This document shows, piece after piece, positions 36,769-49,584 of a stretch of 64,000 nucleotides of DNA. Under the pieces are notes generated by a model. It had not been told where the DNA came from. It did not search any database and worked only from the letters and a program-made list of their open reading frames with translations. The stretch spans positions 1,364,001 to 1,428,000 of the forward strand of contig CAIIXF020000001.1 in NCBI GenBank assembly GCA_903813345.2, given 5' to 3'. The DNA comes from Owenia fusiformis. Lineage: Eukaryota. Numbering within the stretch: position 1 is the first letter of the stretch; every line of letters starts with the position of its first letter. Position numbers and translations under genes: made by a program.

Positions 36769-39091
36769 TACTCCCCTCCAAAAGTTTGGCAACCTTAGCT
36801 CCCTCGTTGAACTACGTGTTGATGCCTCTTTATGTTTGAATTTTCATTTACATAGCCTGCGAGAAAAATACATATTAATCTGCATAAGTTGACGGAAATA
36901 TAACTTGACTTCATTTCCAATGCCTCCAAAGTTTTTACTCAAATACAATAGGTCGGAAATTGATGATACATCTGATGAAGTTTTGAAAATCGACATTCCC
37001 TTGTAAACCAATGGGAAATGGTAGGTTTGCCGCAGCAAGTCATATGACAGTATGACAGAATATTCATCATCCACTCGAGTTCTTGCAAAAAATACAAGTT
37101 AGTTAGTCGATTGAATATGCTAACTTTATTTTATAAAAAAATTGATACGTTTCTTCAGGTTTAAAAAAGTTATAGGTCTTCAAAGTCAAAATTATTTTTC
37201 ACCCCCCCCCTCCGTTGAAATAACACAGGAGGCAAAAAATGATTTTCAAGAATGACTTGAAGCTCTGCAACTTAACCCCCCTATCACACCAAACTAGTTC
37301 TTACCCGTTCTTGCCAGTCCTACGGAAACGTCGTAAAACGGGCTCAATCTGGCTGTGGTCGGGAAATATGTCTGAAATAATTAGCTTCTTTGTTCATAAA
37401 CAGTCTTCAATACGTCCATCTCGTTCGCAGTTCGTTCAGGTCGCACCACGTCGGTGTGCAACGTCGTAGAACGCGTCCCTTAGTCTAGAAGGTCAACATG
37501 ACCTGATTACAGAACGGTATGGTCGCCATCGAATTTTGAATCGATTCAAAATTCTAAAATCACATTCCCGTCTGAGAACGTTCGTAAAGTTCGTAAATAG
37601 ACCTTAGAAAGTTGCAGCTACGTTCATTCCGTTCGCACACAGTTTAAAACCAGTTTTGAAGAACGCAGTGGCAACTTGTTTGGTGTGATAGCTATATTTT
37701 TGCTAACTCGTTCATAAGTAGTGTTAAATACGTTCTTAATCAGTTTAAACCCGTTTGCAATTAGTTCTACCTCGTCCTCAACACGTCCCCAGACAGTTCA
37801 ACTCGTGTTAAAACGTCCCTAGTATGATTGACGTACGACGGTTCCGTTCGTACCACGTCCAGCTCGTCGTTAGTACGTTGATCACTCGTTCTAATTGTAG
37901 AACGTGACGATCACGAGAACATTTTGAGCATTGTCTAAGTTCTAGAGGACCTACCCGTTCGAGTACGTTCGATAAAGTTTGTAAATAGATCCCAAACGGT
38001 TCTTAGTAGGTCCAGTCCGTTCGTACACAGTTGAAGCCCGTTTTCGAAAACGTAGCGAGAACTAGTTTGGTGTGATAGTAGGGTTAGTAGTCATAAAGTA
38101 AACTGAACACTTAATTCAATTTTGTAAAAAAAAATATCCTGAAATCAGATTTGCCCCGAAACCAACCATTTCCCATTGGTTTACATGGGAATGACGATTT
38201 TCAGAAAATGTATTATCAAGTTTCGACCTATCGTAATTGATGAAACAATTGGGAAAAGGATACGTATCGATATGGTGAGCTGAATTCAACAATGTTTTTC
38301 TCTTAAAGCAATTATTGAAAACATTCTGTAAAAAACACAGTCCTTTTTGTAATGTTGACTGATTGGCAACAATTTAGAAATATTTTATATAACTGTTTTT
38401 GTTAAAATTTTGGGTTTTTTAGTACAATTGTTTTTGCTCCTTTCTACCAATTCTTGAGAATGAAATAAAATGTCTTTCCGAACCCTGTTGGAACAAAATA
38501 GCATATACAACATGTTTTTAGACCTCTCAATATTATAGTTATACAAAGGAATTTTGGGTTGATTTTAAAAAAGTATTCAAAAATGTAAAACAAAATCCCC
38601 CCAAAATAGATAAAAATCAAGATAAACCTTTTATTTCATTATAAAGATACTTTTTTAAAATCAACCAGAATTTCCTTTGTTTAATTACAATATTGAGAGA
38701 CCTAAACGTGTTGTGTTTTTGTCGTTTTGTTCCAATGAGGTTCGAAAAGATATTTCATTTCACTCTGGAAACATAATACCAAGAACAAAACAAGTGGTTG
38801 GTGTGTTTTCTAAAACAATATAGATGAAAGTATGTATATTTTTCAAATTATATTGTTACCATTCAAAAGATGACCATTAAATTGACGATGTGCTAAATTT
38901 TTAGATTTTTAATGTGTGTTAAAAAGTTGACCATATCGATACCACTCCTTTGGAGTCAAGTCAAGTCTCATTTCCATCAATATTATATGTATTTTCCTCG
39001 CTGGTTATGTAAATAAAAATTCAAACATAAAGAGGCTTTAATACGTAGTTCAATGAGGGAGCTTAGGTTGGCAAACTTTTGGAGGGGAGTG
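36769..39091. mobile_element. Tc1-like non-autonomous element containing nested palindromes and a nested MITE
   Basis: TA|TACTCCCCTCCAAAAGTTTGGCAACC ... GGTTGGCAAACTTTTGGAGGGGAGTG|TA; inner inverted pairs ~36985-37025/38160-38203 and ~38460-38578/38646-38762. Confidence 0.7.
37274..38085. mobile_element. Nested MITE
   Basis: AACCCCCCTATCACACCAAACTAGTTC vs GAACTAGTTTGGTGTGATAGTAGGGTT; homologue at 26056. Confidence 0.7.
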
Positions 39092-40784
39092 TATGCTAAT
39101 AATCTATTCATCGGTCAAAGTGAGTGTATATCTCTTTCGTTGCAATTGTCTACAAAATCATCAAGACTAGCCTCCGATTTAGTGTATTAGTCTGGTGGAA
39201 TTAATGGGGACGTTCACAGAGGACCATACTCGTAATTCTGCTTTTATTTATTAATTAGGTGATCTGTTTTAATATCATAACTGTGGCAATGTTTTTTTTA
39301 AGCAAAACTTTGTATAAAAAGATTTTAAAGGATTTTAAGACTCAACCATTCTTGATGAACTTATATAGACTTTCAAAATTGGGGGAAATTGTAGATTTTC
39401 ACCTTTAACCGACCGACTTATTCAAGGCTGTCACTTTGTTTTAAAAGAATGTCAAATATAGAAAACAGTTATTCATAGATGTCATGATATACATGTATGT
39501 TTTATTTTGTGCAGTGTGATAATATAAAACCTATGGAGCTGTCTGATTATGCCGTTTTGACTCACCGTTCGCCACCATATGAATACTTTGGGGCAGACGA
39601 CGTGGTATGGCATGGATACACGATCGGCAAAACATATAGATTCATAGCAAGATATTCCCTTTCTCACACCAAGAACAAAAATTAATTAAAAAGTTAATGC
39701 CCAAAATTATTCACACGGTGGCGAACATACGGCCTAATACGGCCCATACGGCCTAATGTGACAGCTACTTTATACATTTCAAGAGAAAAAACTTTTTTGA
39801 AATCATCATATTCAGCAGTATTAATATTTATAAAACGACAAGTAAAAATACAGAACAATATATTCTAACAGAATTCGTGCCTCAGACCAACATAATGAAA
39901 TTAACACCACACAATTTACAATCATTCGAATTGGCCATATAAATTAGTTGAGATATGTTGATATTATTTGTTAAAAGTGTACATATGACAAGTGACAATT
40001 ACTTCTATATAATCTAAGGTATAAAAGCTAGAAGCATTATCAATTTAAACCCATTCGTGAATATATAAGTTCGGCTAAGAATGTTGTTTGTTCCCCTCGC
40101 ATAAAAATAGGCGGTGCTGGGGCTTAAATTATGAAATTCTCGGTTTGAAAGTACTTACGAATAATTATCAAATTTCTTTTAACCTTTGATTGAGACTTTT
40201 CCAAACTAATAGTTTTGACTATGAACATCTCTATAAACAAATTCTTTGAACTAAAGAATATTAGGCTTTATATTTTCACACTAAACTAAACATATCGTAA
40301 ATATAGGCTTTCTATTAATATACATATCGTGTCAAACAGATTGCAATTCAAGAATACAATTGTGTTTTTTGTTCATTTGGAACATGGTGACCTCCTAATA
40401 AAGTTTGGCCTTTGCGTGCAAAACATAAACTTCTACTAGATTTTGAAATTTCATGTTTGAAAAATTGATATGAAGTTTCATATAAATCTGGTTCGAGTTT
40501 CCAACTCTGCTAAAATATTTTTCTTGAATTAGGTGGAGGTGTTCAGGAGGTAAATTGCCCATTAGTAAAAACAACATTTATAAACTCCTTTGCGACCATA
40601 AGTAAAATATGATATTCCCAATAGGCCTATATTAAACAATGAATATAATAAATGAAATGTGTTGTTTTTATATCATTCCTAGAATTTAAGTCATTGCCTA
40701 ATGTAATATGTAACAATTGCATAAATCAATTGGAAATCCACAACTGTATATGAAAAAGATATTTGTATTGAACTTTGAAATAAC

Positions 40785-40930
40785 TAATGCCTGGGTCACA
40801 TTTGCTCCGATCCATCGGCCGGCGGCCGGCCGATTGAGTGTTTTGCTCGATATTGTATTCAATTTTGAACAAAATACTCAATCGGCCGCTCGCCGTAGAG
40901 AAAATCGGAGCAAATGTGACCAAGGCAATA
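40785..40930. repeat. Short palindromic repeat family, copy 2
   Basis: TGCCTGGGTCACATTTGCTCCGAT ... ATCGGAGCAAATGTGACCAAGGCA hairpin of ~145 bp. Confidence 0.75.
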
Positions 40931-41079
40931 ACAAGTGATTGGCGGTTACCGTGAAAACAGATTCATCACTGTTAACAACTTGAACTAAAGATGGCAGTCT
41001 ATTCCAATTCTTTGTCGCTTAGTAAAAGATCAAATTATTTTCTGTTTGAGAATTTTATGATGAAGATGTCTTTGTAAAA

Positions 41080-41999
41080 TTACAATTGATTGTTTGTCCT
41101 TCGTTCTAACCACTCGTATGCCTTTAATGTAGCTGTACTTTCCGTGAGCGTACAATCACTAAGTTTTAAGTTAAATGCTTCGGTGGCTCCTATCAAACGC
41201 CCCGACAAAAGTAAATCTAGAGCATTTTTTCGACCAATCAATTTAACTAATCTTGATGCTCCGCCAAAGGATGAGGATACGCCCAATTTGACATGTGTAA
41301 ATCCTATACACGCATTTTCAGTCATCAGTCTGAAATCGCATGCAGTGGCTAATTCCGCTCCTCCGCCTAAAGCATAGCCTTGCACAAGAGCTAAACTGAC
41401 CAAATGAAGATTAGACAACCTCGTTGTGACTTGCTGCATAAAATTGCACATTTGGATGCCTAGTTCAGGATCCAGGATTTTTCCGACAGTTTCCAGATCC
41501 CCGCCTGAGCAGAATGACCCTTTGGATCCGTACATCAAAACGCCCTTACCCTCGTTCCAGCCTTCAAGTTTAGATACTATTTCTTGTAAGTCTACCATCA
41601 TTTTACCTGAAAACAAGTTATTTACGAGTGAGTTGAACCATGGGCTTTCAACTAGATAAGCGGTATAAACTTTTCTCTCTTAGTAAAGTCATTGAGTTTT
41701 CAATTATTGTTGACATGTGACGTATCATACCCGAGGCTACATTTTTTTCTGGTTGACATGTGGCGAATCATACCTGAGAGTGCATTATTTTTTTGGGAAT
41801 GACATGTGACGTATCATACCTCTGGGTGCATTATTTTTTCTGCTTGACATGTGACGCAACATACCTGAGAGTGCATTCTTTTTTTCTGGTTGATTGAGCA
41901 CGATTGTCGCAATTTTGCTCCTGTCATCTATCTTGAGATCCATTGAACCACCTATGCACGTGACGAGATAGTCACGAATCGTTGAAATATATCGAGAAT
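41080..41999 (-). CDS. ECHDC1: Ethylmalonyl-CoA decarboxylase-like crotonase, apparently C-terminally truncated; first exon not found
   Basis: Exons ~41999-41865 (GGSMDL..LNQPEKKNALSG) and 41607-41080 (FCSGGDL, MCNFMQ..TRL, GYALGGGAELATACDFRLMT, SFGGASRLVKLIG, AYEWL). Confidence 0.72.
41705..41890 (-). repeat. Tandem ~45-bp repeat of the ECHDC1 exon end plus splice donor
   Basis: TGACATGTGACGTATCATACC units; GTATG donors (- strand) at 41864, 41819, 41773, 41730. Confidence 0.8.
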
Positions 42000-43231
42000 C
42001 TGTGTGAATATACAAAATTTACTAAGTTACTATTAATGTACTAACTAATATTCATCTTGGTATAGAACAGTGAGCAAGTGAACGAAGCAAATGGACTTTG
42101 GAAATAACAAGGATCTACTGATAACTGAAGCTGATCAAGACAAGGGAATTACTAATGAAATCATAAAAATAATCAAGCAAGTCGAAATGTCATAGGACCT
42201 AGGAACGTATCCAAGCCACAGCAGAACGGGATTTGGAGTAAAATGTAGAAAGGTACTAACGCTGAAGAGCAAATGTGTAAAATAAATTCGAAAAATTATA
42301 AATTTTAATTATGGTAAAGTGACTCTCACTCCGAAAAGGCTCTTCCCAATGCTTATGAAGGATATACTCTCGTTCGTTACACAGCCCCCATTTATAGCAA
42401 CCTGCGGAGATAATAGAGAGGTTTCGCAAAACGTTTTTTAGCTCCAAGGATCCGTATCCGTAACGCATTTATCACTGAAAACGGCTAAAGTGTGAAACAA
42501 ATTTTGTTAAAAATTCAAAAAAGCATTGAAATGATTTTTTCAAATAGACATGTAGTATGTATCTGTATACATTTATACACACGTCACCCAAAGCATTGAA
42601 GTAAACTCCAAGGAACAATAGGTGGAATTTCAAATTGAAATTAGGGCCCGTCTCAAACGTGACGATTTTCACATTTCAAGTCCTTGATTAATATGCCTAG
42701 ATATTCACATTAGAATGCAACATTTTCAAAAAAACAAGGACTATCCTCATGCTACACTACTGCTCTTTAAAATCATAAATGAATTTGGACTACAAGTATT
42801 TTCCTTTTGATGTACATCACTTGTCGACATGAAACATCCGAATCCATCATTTTTCTCGATTTTTTCATACGTTTTGTTTTTAATTTGAGTAAAATTGAAA
42901 GGGGTCGACTCTAATCGAACATGAATCGATTCGGTCATAAAAAATGATGCTTTAGACGAATAGAAAATTATAAAAAAAATATTTGGGAAGCATTGATCAT
43001 TAGGCTTTCCATTTCCATTTTACATCGATGGTGCAAATGCCAGGTCGTCAAGCACCCATAACCCTAGTTCCCTTTTAATCTCTTATAGTGTGTAAGGTAA
43101 GACACTTTGATTTGTTTTTACAATTTGAGAAACTTTTACTATAGATGTAGACCAGTTGCAGGGTGACGTAGTGAAGTCTGTCCTGCATGCACCGCAAACA
43201 ACAGGGAAACTATACATGTTCATTCCAAATA

Positions 43232-46200
43232 CTCTAAGAGCGAGGAGGAAAATTCTTAATAAATGGAGTATAGTTGGTTTGGCAGCATTTTCAGTTAGAG
43301 AGAAGTCTTCGATGAAAATTCTACCTAGGTGATATCTTCACAGAGTGGTACATAATTCTTTTTTTTCAGGGGTTAGCCCCCCACCCCCCAAAAACACCCC
43401 ACCCCCAGAAAATAATATTTTCATTTGCAATAACTTTAGATATCTTGATGTTTGTAAGTTACATACATAGACATTATATATATGAATCATTTGCAAAATA
43501 AATAATGCCAATCACTCCTACAGAATTTGAAAAATAGTACAAAGTATGTACGCCAGGGGGCAAATTCGTGACCCATTTTCTTACTATTTAGAGCCTCACT
43601 TTTTAATCAGACACTGGAAGACATTGGAAAATTTCATATGAAGTGCCCAGTAGCAGGGCTATAAGCCCTAAAAGGTTCAAACTAATTGAATCAGTAGGAG
43701 CCAAGAAAAAAATTGTTGATTTTTTGAAAAATTTGACATTTTTGAGAGGGGTGATTTTGTGTAGGACTATAGCTGATGCCTATGGTTTCAAGATCTATCC
43801 CTCTTTGATGATAAATATGGTTTTGAAGTATGAAACTAAGATGTAAAAAATAATTAAAATGGGTTTTAAGGAAGTTTAATGTATTAAACAAGTTCAAAAT
43901 TCCAAGAATTGTACAATATCAGGTCTGAATTTACGAATTTTAGGTAAGACCTTGGATGAGCCTTAGATTTTTTACATCTGTCCCCTTTTGATGTTATTTA
44001 TGATTTTGTAGTGTGGAACTAAGATGTACAAAATAATTTAGATAGTTTTTAAGAAGGTTTAAGGATTTTAACAAGTTCAAAATTTGAAGAATTGTACAAT
44101 AGCAGGTCTGAATTTTCGAATTTCAGGTAAGACCTTTGGTGAGCCATATATTTTTCACCTCTGTCCCTCTTTGATGATATGTATGGTTTTGTAGTGTGAA
44201 ACTCATATGTAAGAAATAACTTAGATGGAGTTGAAGAACGTTTAAGGATTTTAAGGGGTCCAAAATTTGAAAAATTGTACAATATCAGGTCTGAATTTAC
44301 GAATTTAAGGTATGACTTTGGATGACCCTTATGTTTTTATATCTGTCCCTCTTTGATGATATTTATGGTTTTACGTATATAGTAACCAACTAAGATGTAA
44401 AATATAATTTAGATGAATTTGAAGAAGGTTTAAGGACTTTAACAAGTTCAAAATTTGAAAAATTGTATAATATCAGGTCTGAATTTACGAATTTCAGGTA
44501 AGACCTTTGGTGAGCCATATATTGTTTACATCTGTCCCTCTTTGATGACATGTATGGTTCTGTAGTGTGGAACTAAGATGTAAAAAACAATTAAGATAGA
44601 TTTTGAGAAGGTTTAAGGATTTTCACATGTTCAAAATCTTGGCGCATTGTACAATATTAGGTCTGCAATGAGCACTACATTTCAAGTATAACCTTGGTTG
44701 TTGACATGGGGTCCCTATTTATCATTTTTTGAATTGTTCAATTCATATTTTTACTATCATGGGGACTTCTCTTGAAAGAAAACATATTGTTTTAATAAAA
44801 AACACTGAATTTATGCCCAGAAAGTACTCATGGTGAAATATATGACCGACTTAAATCAGTTGCCATACTGCACATGGACCTTTTTGAATATTTCTGGCTA
44901 ATGTAATAATCCCCAACGTGCACACTTTATTTCAGGAAAACTAAAGATTTCTACAATAATGTATTGTTTTCATAAGAATGATTACCATTTTTATTATTTT
45001 GGGAGAATTTAAACATTTTTCACCCATTTTTGGTCTTTGATTCCATTCCATTATAACTTCATCAATTTTTAACACATTGTGAATCTTTTTGGAGATATTG
45101 TATTTGAGATTGTAAGGAATAGATTGGTACATGAATTCTACATGTTGCTTGTAATTTTGTCACACCCATAGATCTGATTCTGCCTTTAAACTTAACAAAT
45201 CGTGAATCTTTTTGGAAATATTGTCTTTGGGATTGTAAGGAATAGATTGGTACATGAATTGCACATGTTGCTTGTAATTTTGTCACACCCATAGATCTGA
45301 TTCTGCCTCTAAACTTCCTTAAAACCCATCTAAATTATGTTTTACATCTTAGTTCCATACTACTAAACCATATATATCATCATTGAGAGATACATACATG
45401 AAATTTGTTAATGTCAGAAGATATGATATTGTACAATTTGTCAAGTTTTGAACAGGTTTAAAACCTTAAACCTCCTTAAAACCCATCTAAATTATGTTTT
45501 ACATCTTAGTTTCATACTACAAAACCATAATGTTATCATAGAGAGATATATGTAAAAAACGATTAAGAGCCATCCATAGTTATACCTAAAATTAATAAAT
45601 TCCAGACCTGTCATTGTACAATTCTTCAATTTTTTAACTTGTTTAAACCTTTAGCTTCTTTAAAACCTGTCTAAATTATGTTTAACATCTTAGTTCAACA
45701 CTACTAAAGCATATATGTCATCAAAAAGGGATAGATGTAAGGAACATAAGGCTCATCTTAATACCCAATATTCAATAATATCAGCTCTGATATTGTACAA
45801 TTCGTCAAAAATTGAACTTGTTCAAAACCTTAAACTTCTTTAAAACCCATCTTAATTATGTTTTACCTATCATACAGAGATGTATGTAAAAAACGAATAA
45901 GGGCCATCCAGAGTTATACCTAAAATTAATAAATTCCAGACCTGTTATTGTACAATTCTTCAATTTTTTAACTTGTTTTAACTTGTTTAACTTCTTTCAA
46001 ACCTGTCTATATTTTGTTTAACATCTTAGTTCAACACTACTAAAGCATATATGTCATCAAAAAAGGATAGATGTAAAAAACATAATACCTAAAATTCATT
46101 AATATCAGCTCTGATATTGTACAATTCATCAAAATTTGAACTTTTTTAAAACCTTAAACTTCTTTAAATCACATCTTAATTATGATTTACATATTAGCTC

Positions 46201-48621
46201 CACACTACTAAACCATATACATGTATATCATCAAAAAAGGATAGATGTTAAAAATATAAGGGCCAAGCAAGGTCATACTTTAAATTCATTAATTTCAGAT
46301 CTGATATAGTACAATACGCCAAGATTTTGAACTTGTTTAAAACATTAAGCTTCTTTAAAACCAATGTAAATTATGTTATACATATTTCCACACAACTAAA
46401 CCAAATATATCGTGAAAAGGGGATAGGTGTTAAAATCATATGGGCTAACCAAGGTTATACTTAAAATTCATACATTGCAGACCTGATATTGTACAATTCT
46501 TCAAATTAAAATCCTTAAACCTTCTTAAAATGCATCTAATTTATTTCTACATCTTAGATCCACACACAAAACTATACATATCATCAAAGAGGGACAGGTG
46601 TAAAAAATATAAGGCTCATCCAAGGTCTTACCTAAAATTTGTAAATTGAGACCTGATATTGTACAATTCTTCAAATTTTGAACTTGTTAGAATCCTTGAA
46701 TGTTCTTAAAATTCATCTAAACTATATTTTACATCTTAGTTCCATACCATAAAACTATAACTGTCATTAAAGAGGGACAGATGTAAAAAACAAGAGTCGT
46801 CCAAGGTCATACCTATAATTCAAAAATTCAGACCTGATATTGTACAATTCTTTAAATTTTTTACTCATAAAAATCCCTAAACACTCTTCAAAACCATCTA
46901 AATCATTTTTAACATCTTAGTTTCACATTACAAAACAATACATATCATCAAAGGGTGACAGATGTAAAAACATAAGAGCCCCGTCCAAGGTCTTTCGAGA
47001 AATTCATAGATTCAGACCTGATTTTGTCCAATTTTTCAAATTTCGAACTTGTTAAAATCCTAAAATCTCTTAAATTTATCTAAATTATATCTTACATCTT
47101 AGTTCCACACTATAAAACCATAAATATCATCAAAGAGGAACAGATGTAAAAAACAAAAGGGTCGTCTAAAGCCATACCTGAAATTCGAGAATTCAGAACT
47201 GATATTGTACAATTCTTCAAATTTTGAACTCATTAAAATCCCTAAACACTCTTCAAGACCATCTAAACCATTTTTTTACATCTTAGTTCCACACTACAAA
47301 ACAATACATATCATCATAGAGTGACAGATGTAAAAACATAAGAGCCATCCAAGGTCTTACCTGAAATTCGTAAGTTCAGACCTAATATTGTACAATTCTT
47401 CAAATTTTGGACTTGTTAAAATCCTTAAATCTTCTTAGAATTCATCTAAATTGTATTTTACATCTTAGTTCCACACTATAAAACAATACATATCATCAAA
47501 GAGTGACAGATGTAAAAAATATGTGGCTCACCAAAGGTCTTACCTGAAGTTCGTAAATTCAGACCTGATATTGTACAATTCTTCAAATTTTGAACTTGTT
47601 AAAATCCTTAAACCTTCTTAAAAACTATCTAAATTATTTTGTACATCTTAGTTCCACACTACAAAACCATAAATATCATCAAAGGGGAACAGATGTAAAA
47701 AATCTAAGGCTCATCCAAGGTCTTACCTAAAATTCGTAAATTCAGACCTGATATTGTACAATTCTTCAAATTTTGAACTTGTTAAAATCCTTAAACCTTC
47801 TTAAAAACCATCTAAATTATTTTGTACATCTTAGTTCCACACTACAAAATCATAAATATCATCAAAGGGGGACATATGTAAAAAATCTAAGGCTCATCCA
47901 AGGTCTTACTTAAAATTTGTAAATTCAGACCTGATATTGTACAATTCTTGGAATTTTGAACTTGTTTAAAACATTAAAATTCCTTAAAACCCATTTTAAT
48001 TAATTTTTACATCTTAGTTTCATACTTCAAAACCATATTTATCATCAAAGAGGGATAGATCTGGAAACCATAGGCATCAGCTATAGTCCTACACAAAATC
48101 ACCCCTCTCAAAAATGTCAAATTTTTCAGAAAATCAACAATTTTTTTCTCAGCTCTTACTAATTCAATTAGTTTGAACCTTTTAGGGCTTATAGCCCTAC
48201 TACTGGGTACTTCACATGAAATTTTCCAATGTCTTCCAGTGTCTGATTAAAAAGTGAGGCTCTAAATAGTAAGAAAATGGGTCACGAATTTGCCCCCTGG
48301 CGTACATACTTTGTACTATTTTTCAAATTCTGTAGCAGTGATTGGCATTATTTATTTTGCAAATGATTCATATATATAATGTCTATGTTTGTAACTTACA
48401 AACATCAAGATATCTAAAGATTTTGCAAATGAAAAAATTATTTTCCGGGGGTGGGGTGTTTTTGGGGGGTGGGGGGCTAACCCCTGAAAAAAAAGAATTA
48501 TGTACCACTCTGTGAAGCTATCACCTAGGTAGAATTTTCATCCAAGACTTCCCTCTAACTGAAAATGATGCCAAACCAACTATACTCCATTTATTAAGAA
48601 TTTTCCTCCTCGCTCTTAGAG
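43232..48621. mobile_element. Foldback-type non-autonomous DNA transposon with long modular inverted repeats
   Basis: TA|CTCTAAGAGCGAGGAGGAAAATTC ... GAATTTTCCTCCTCGCTCTTAGAG|TA; ~600-bp near-identical outer arms, then ~183-bp subrepeats (about 5 on the left, about 15 inverted on the right); no transposase ORF. Confidence 0.88.
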
Positions 48622-49584
48622 TAAAATGACATTAACGGCATTCATTATGCATCAGAAAAGTCCGTTTTAAAGATTTCAAATTTAAAGAGAGACTTTTTCA
48701 TTTAAAATATTTTAACGGTATCTCTACTTGATTGTACGTTATCATTTGAAAGGTATAAGAATGATATTTCTGACTTATTTAAGTCTGACGAAGCCAAAGG
48801 ATAAAAATCATCTGCACTGTGAATATGAAATTTTCTTTTGGTCTGCGGTGCGCTTCATCGATGCCCCACCGAAAACGTTCTTATAGTTATGTTTTTCATT
48901 CGAGCTGAGTTAAGTCGCCAGAACGAATTATTTTTTTCAGGGGCTTCTGATATCACATCACAAAACTCTCAGCATAAACTCAATTCATTCCTGTCATTTT
49001 CAGTTTTTCTTTGACGTTCTGGAAGTTTAATTTTCGGTGCAATGGGTTACCCCGGTTTTGCTTTAGAGAGAGAGAGAACCTTGAAAGAATTAATCTCGCT
49101 TTGTTGGCTCCATTCTCGATCGAAGGGTGTATTTTGTGTTTCTGATTTCTTTTTGCTAGTCGGTTGGCGATATATTTCAAAGAGGAGTGTATTTTTGCAT
49201 TGCTTGCCTTACATTTTCTTTAATATTCTTGGGCATTGCTTAGTTTTTTCTTTTCTCTGTCTCTTTTCCAACGAATTGCGTTTCGCGAAGGCATTTTAAT
49301 ATTACAGATTATGTACAGATCGTGCAAATGGAATTCAAGGAAATAATAATTAATTATAACACAAAAACATCGTTGAAAGCGTTAATCGTTCATATTACTT
49401 AATTAGAGTTTTCGGTTTGTGCTGTTCTCCATTAATAATAATTGCATTACTTGAAAAGAAAACAGAATGCAAACATTAACTTTAGGGACTTTATGATTGA
49501 TTTCAGCGATCCCCGGGAATACACTGAACGAAACGTTATTTACTGAGGGTCAACTATTTTTGGCTTTAATGGTCTTCATATAAC

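Noticed and set aside
43643-45292. Short ORFs within the foldback element as a transposase
   Set aside because: All are under 80 aa, derive from repeat units and lack DDE motifs.
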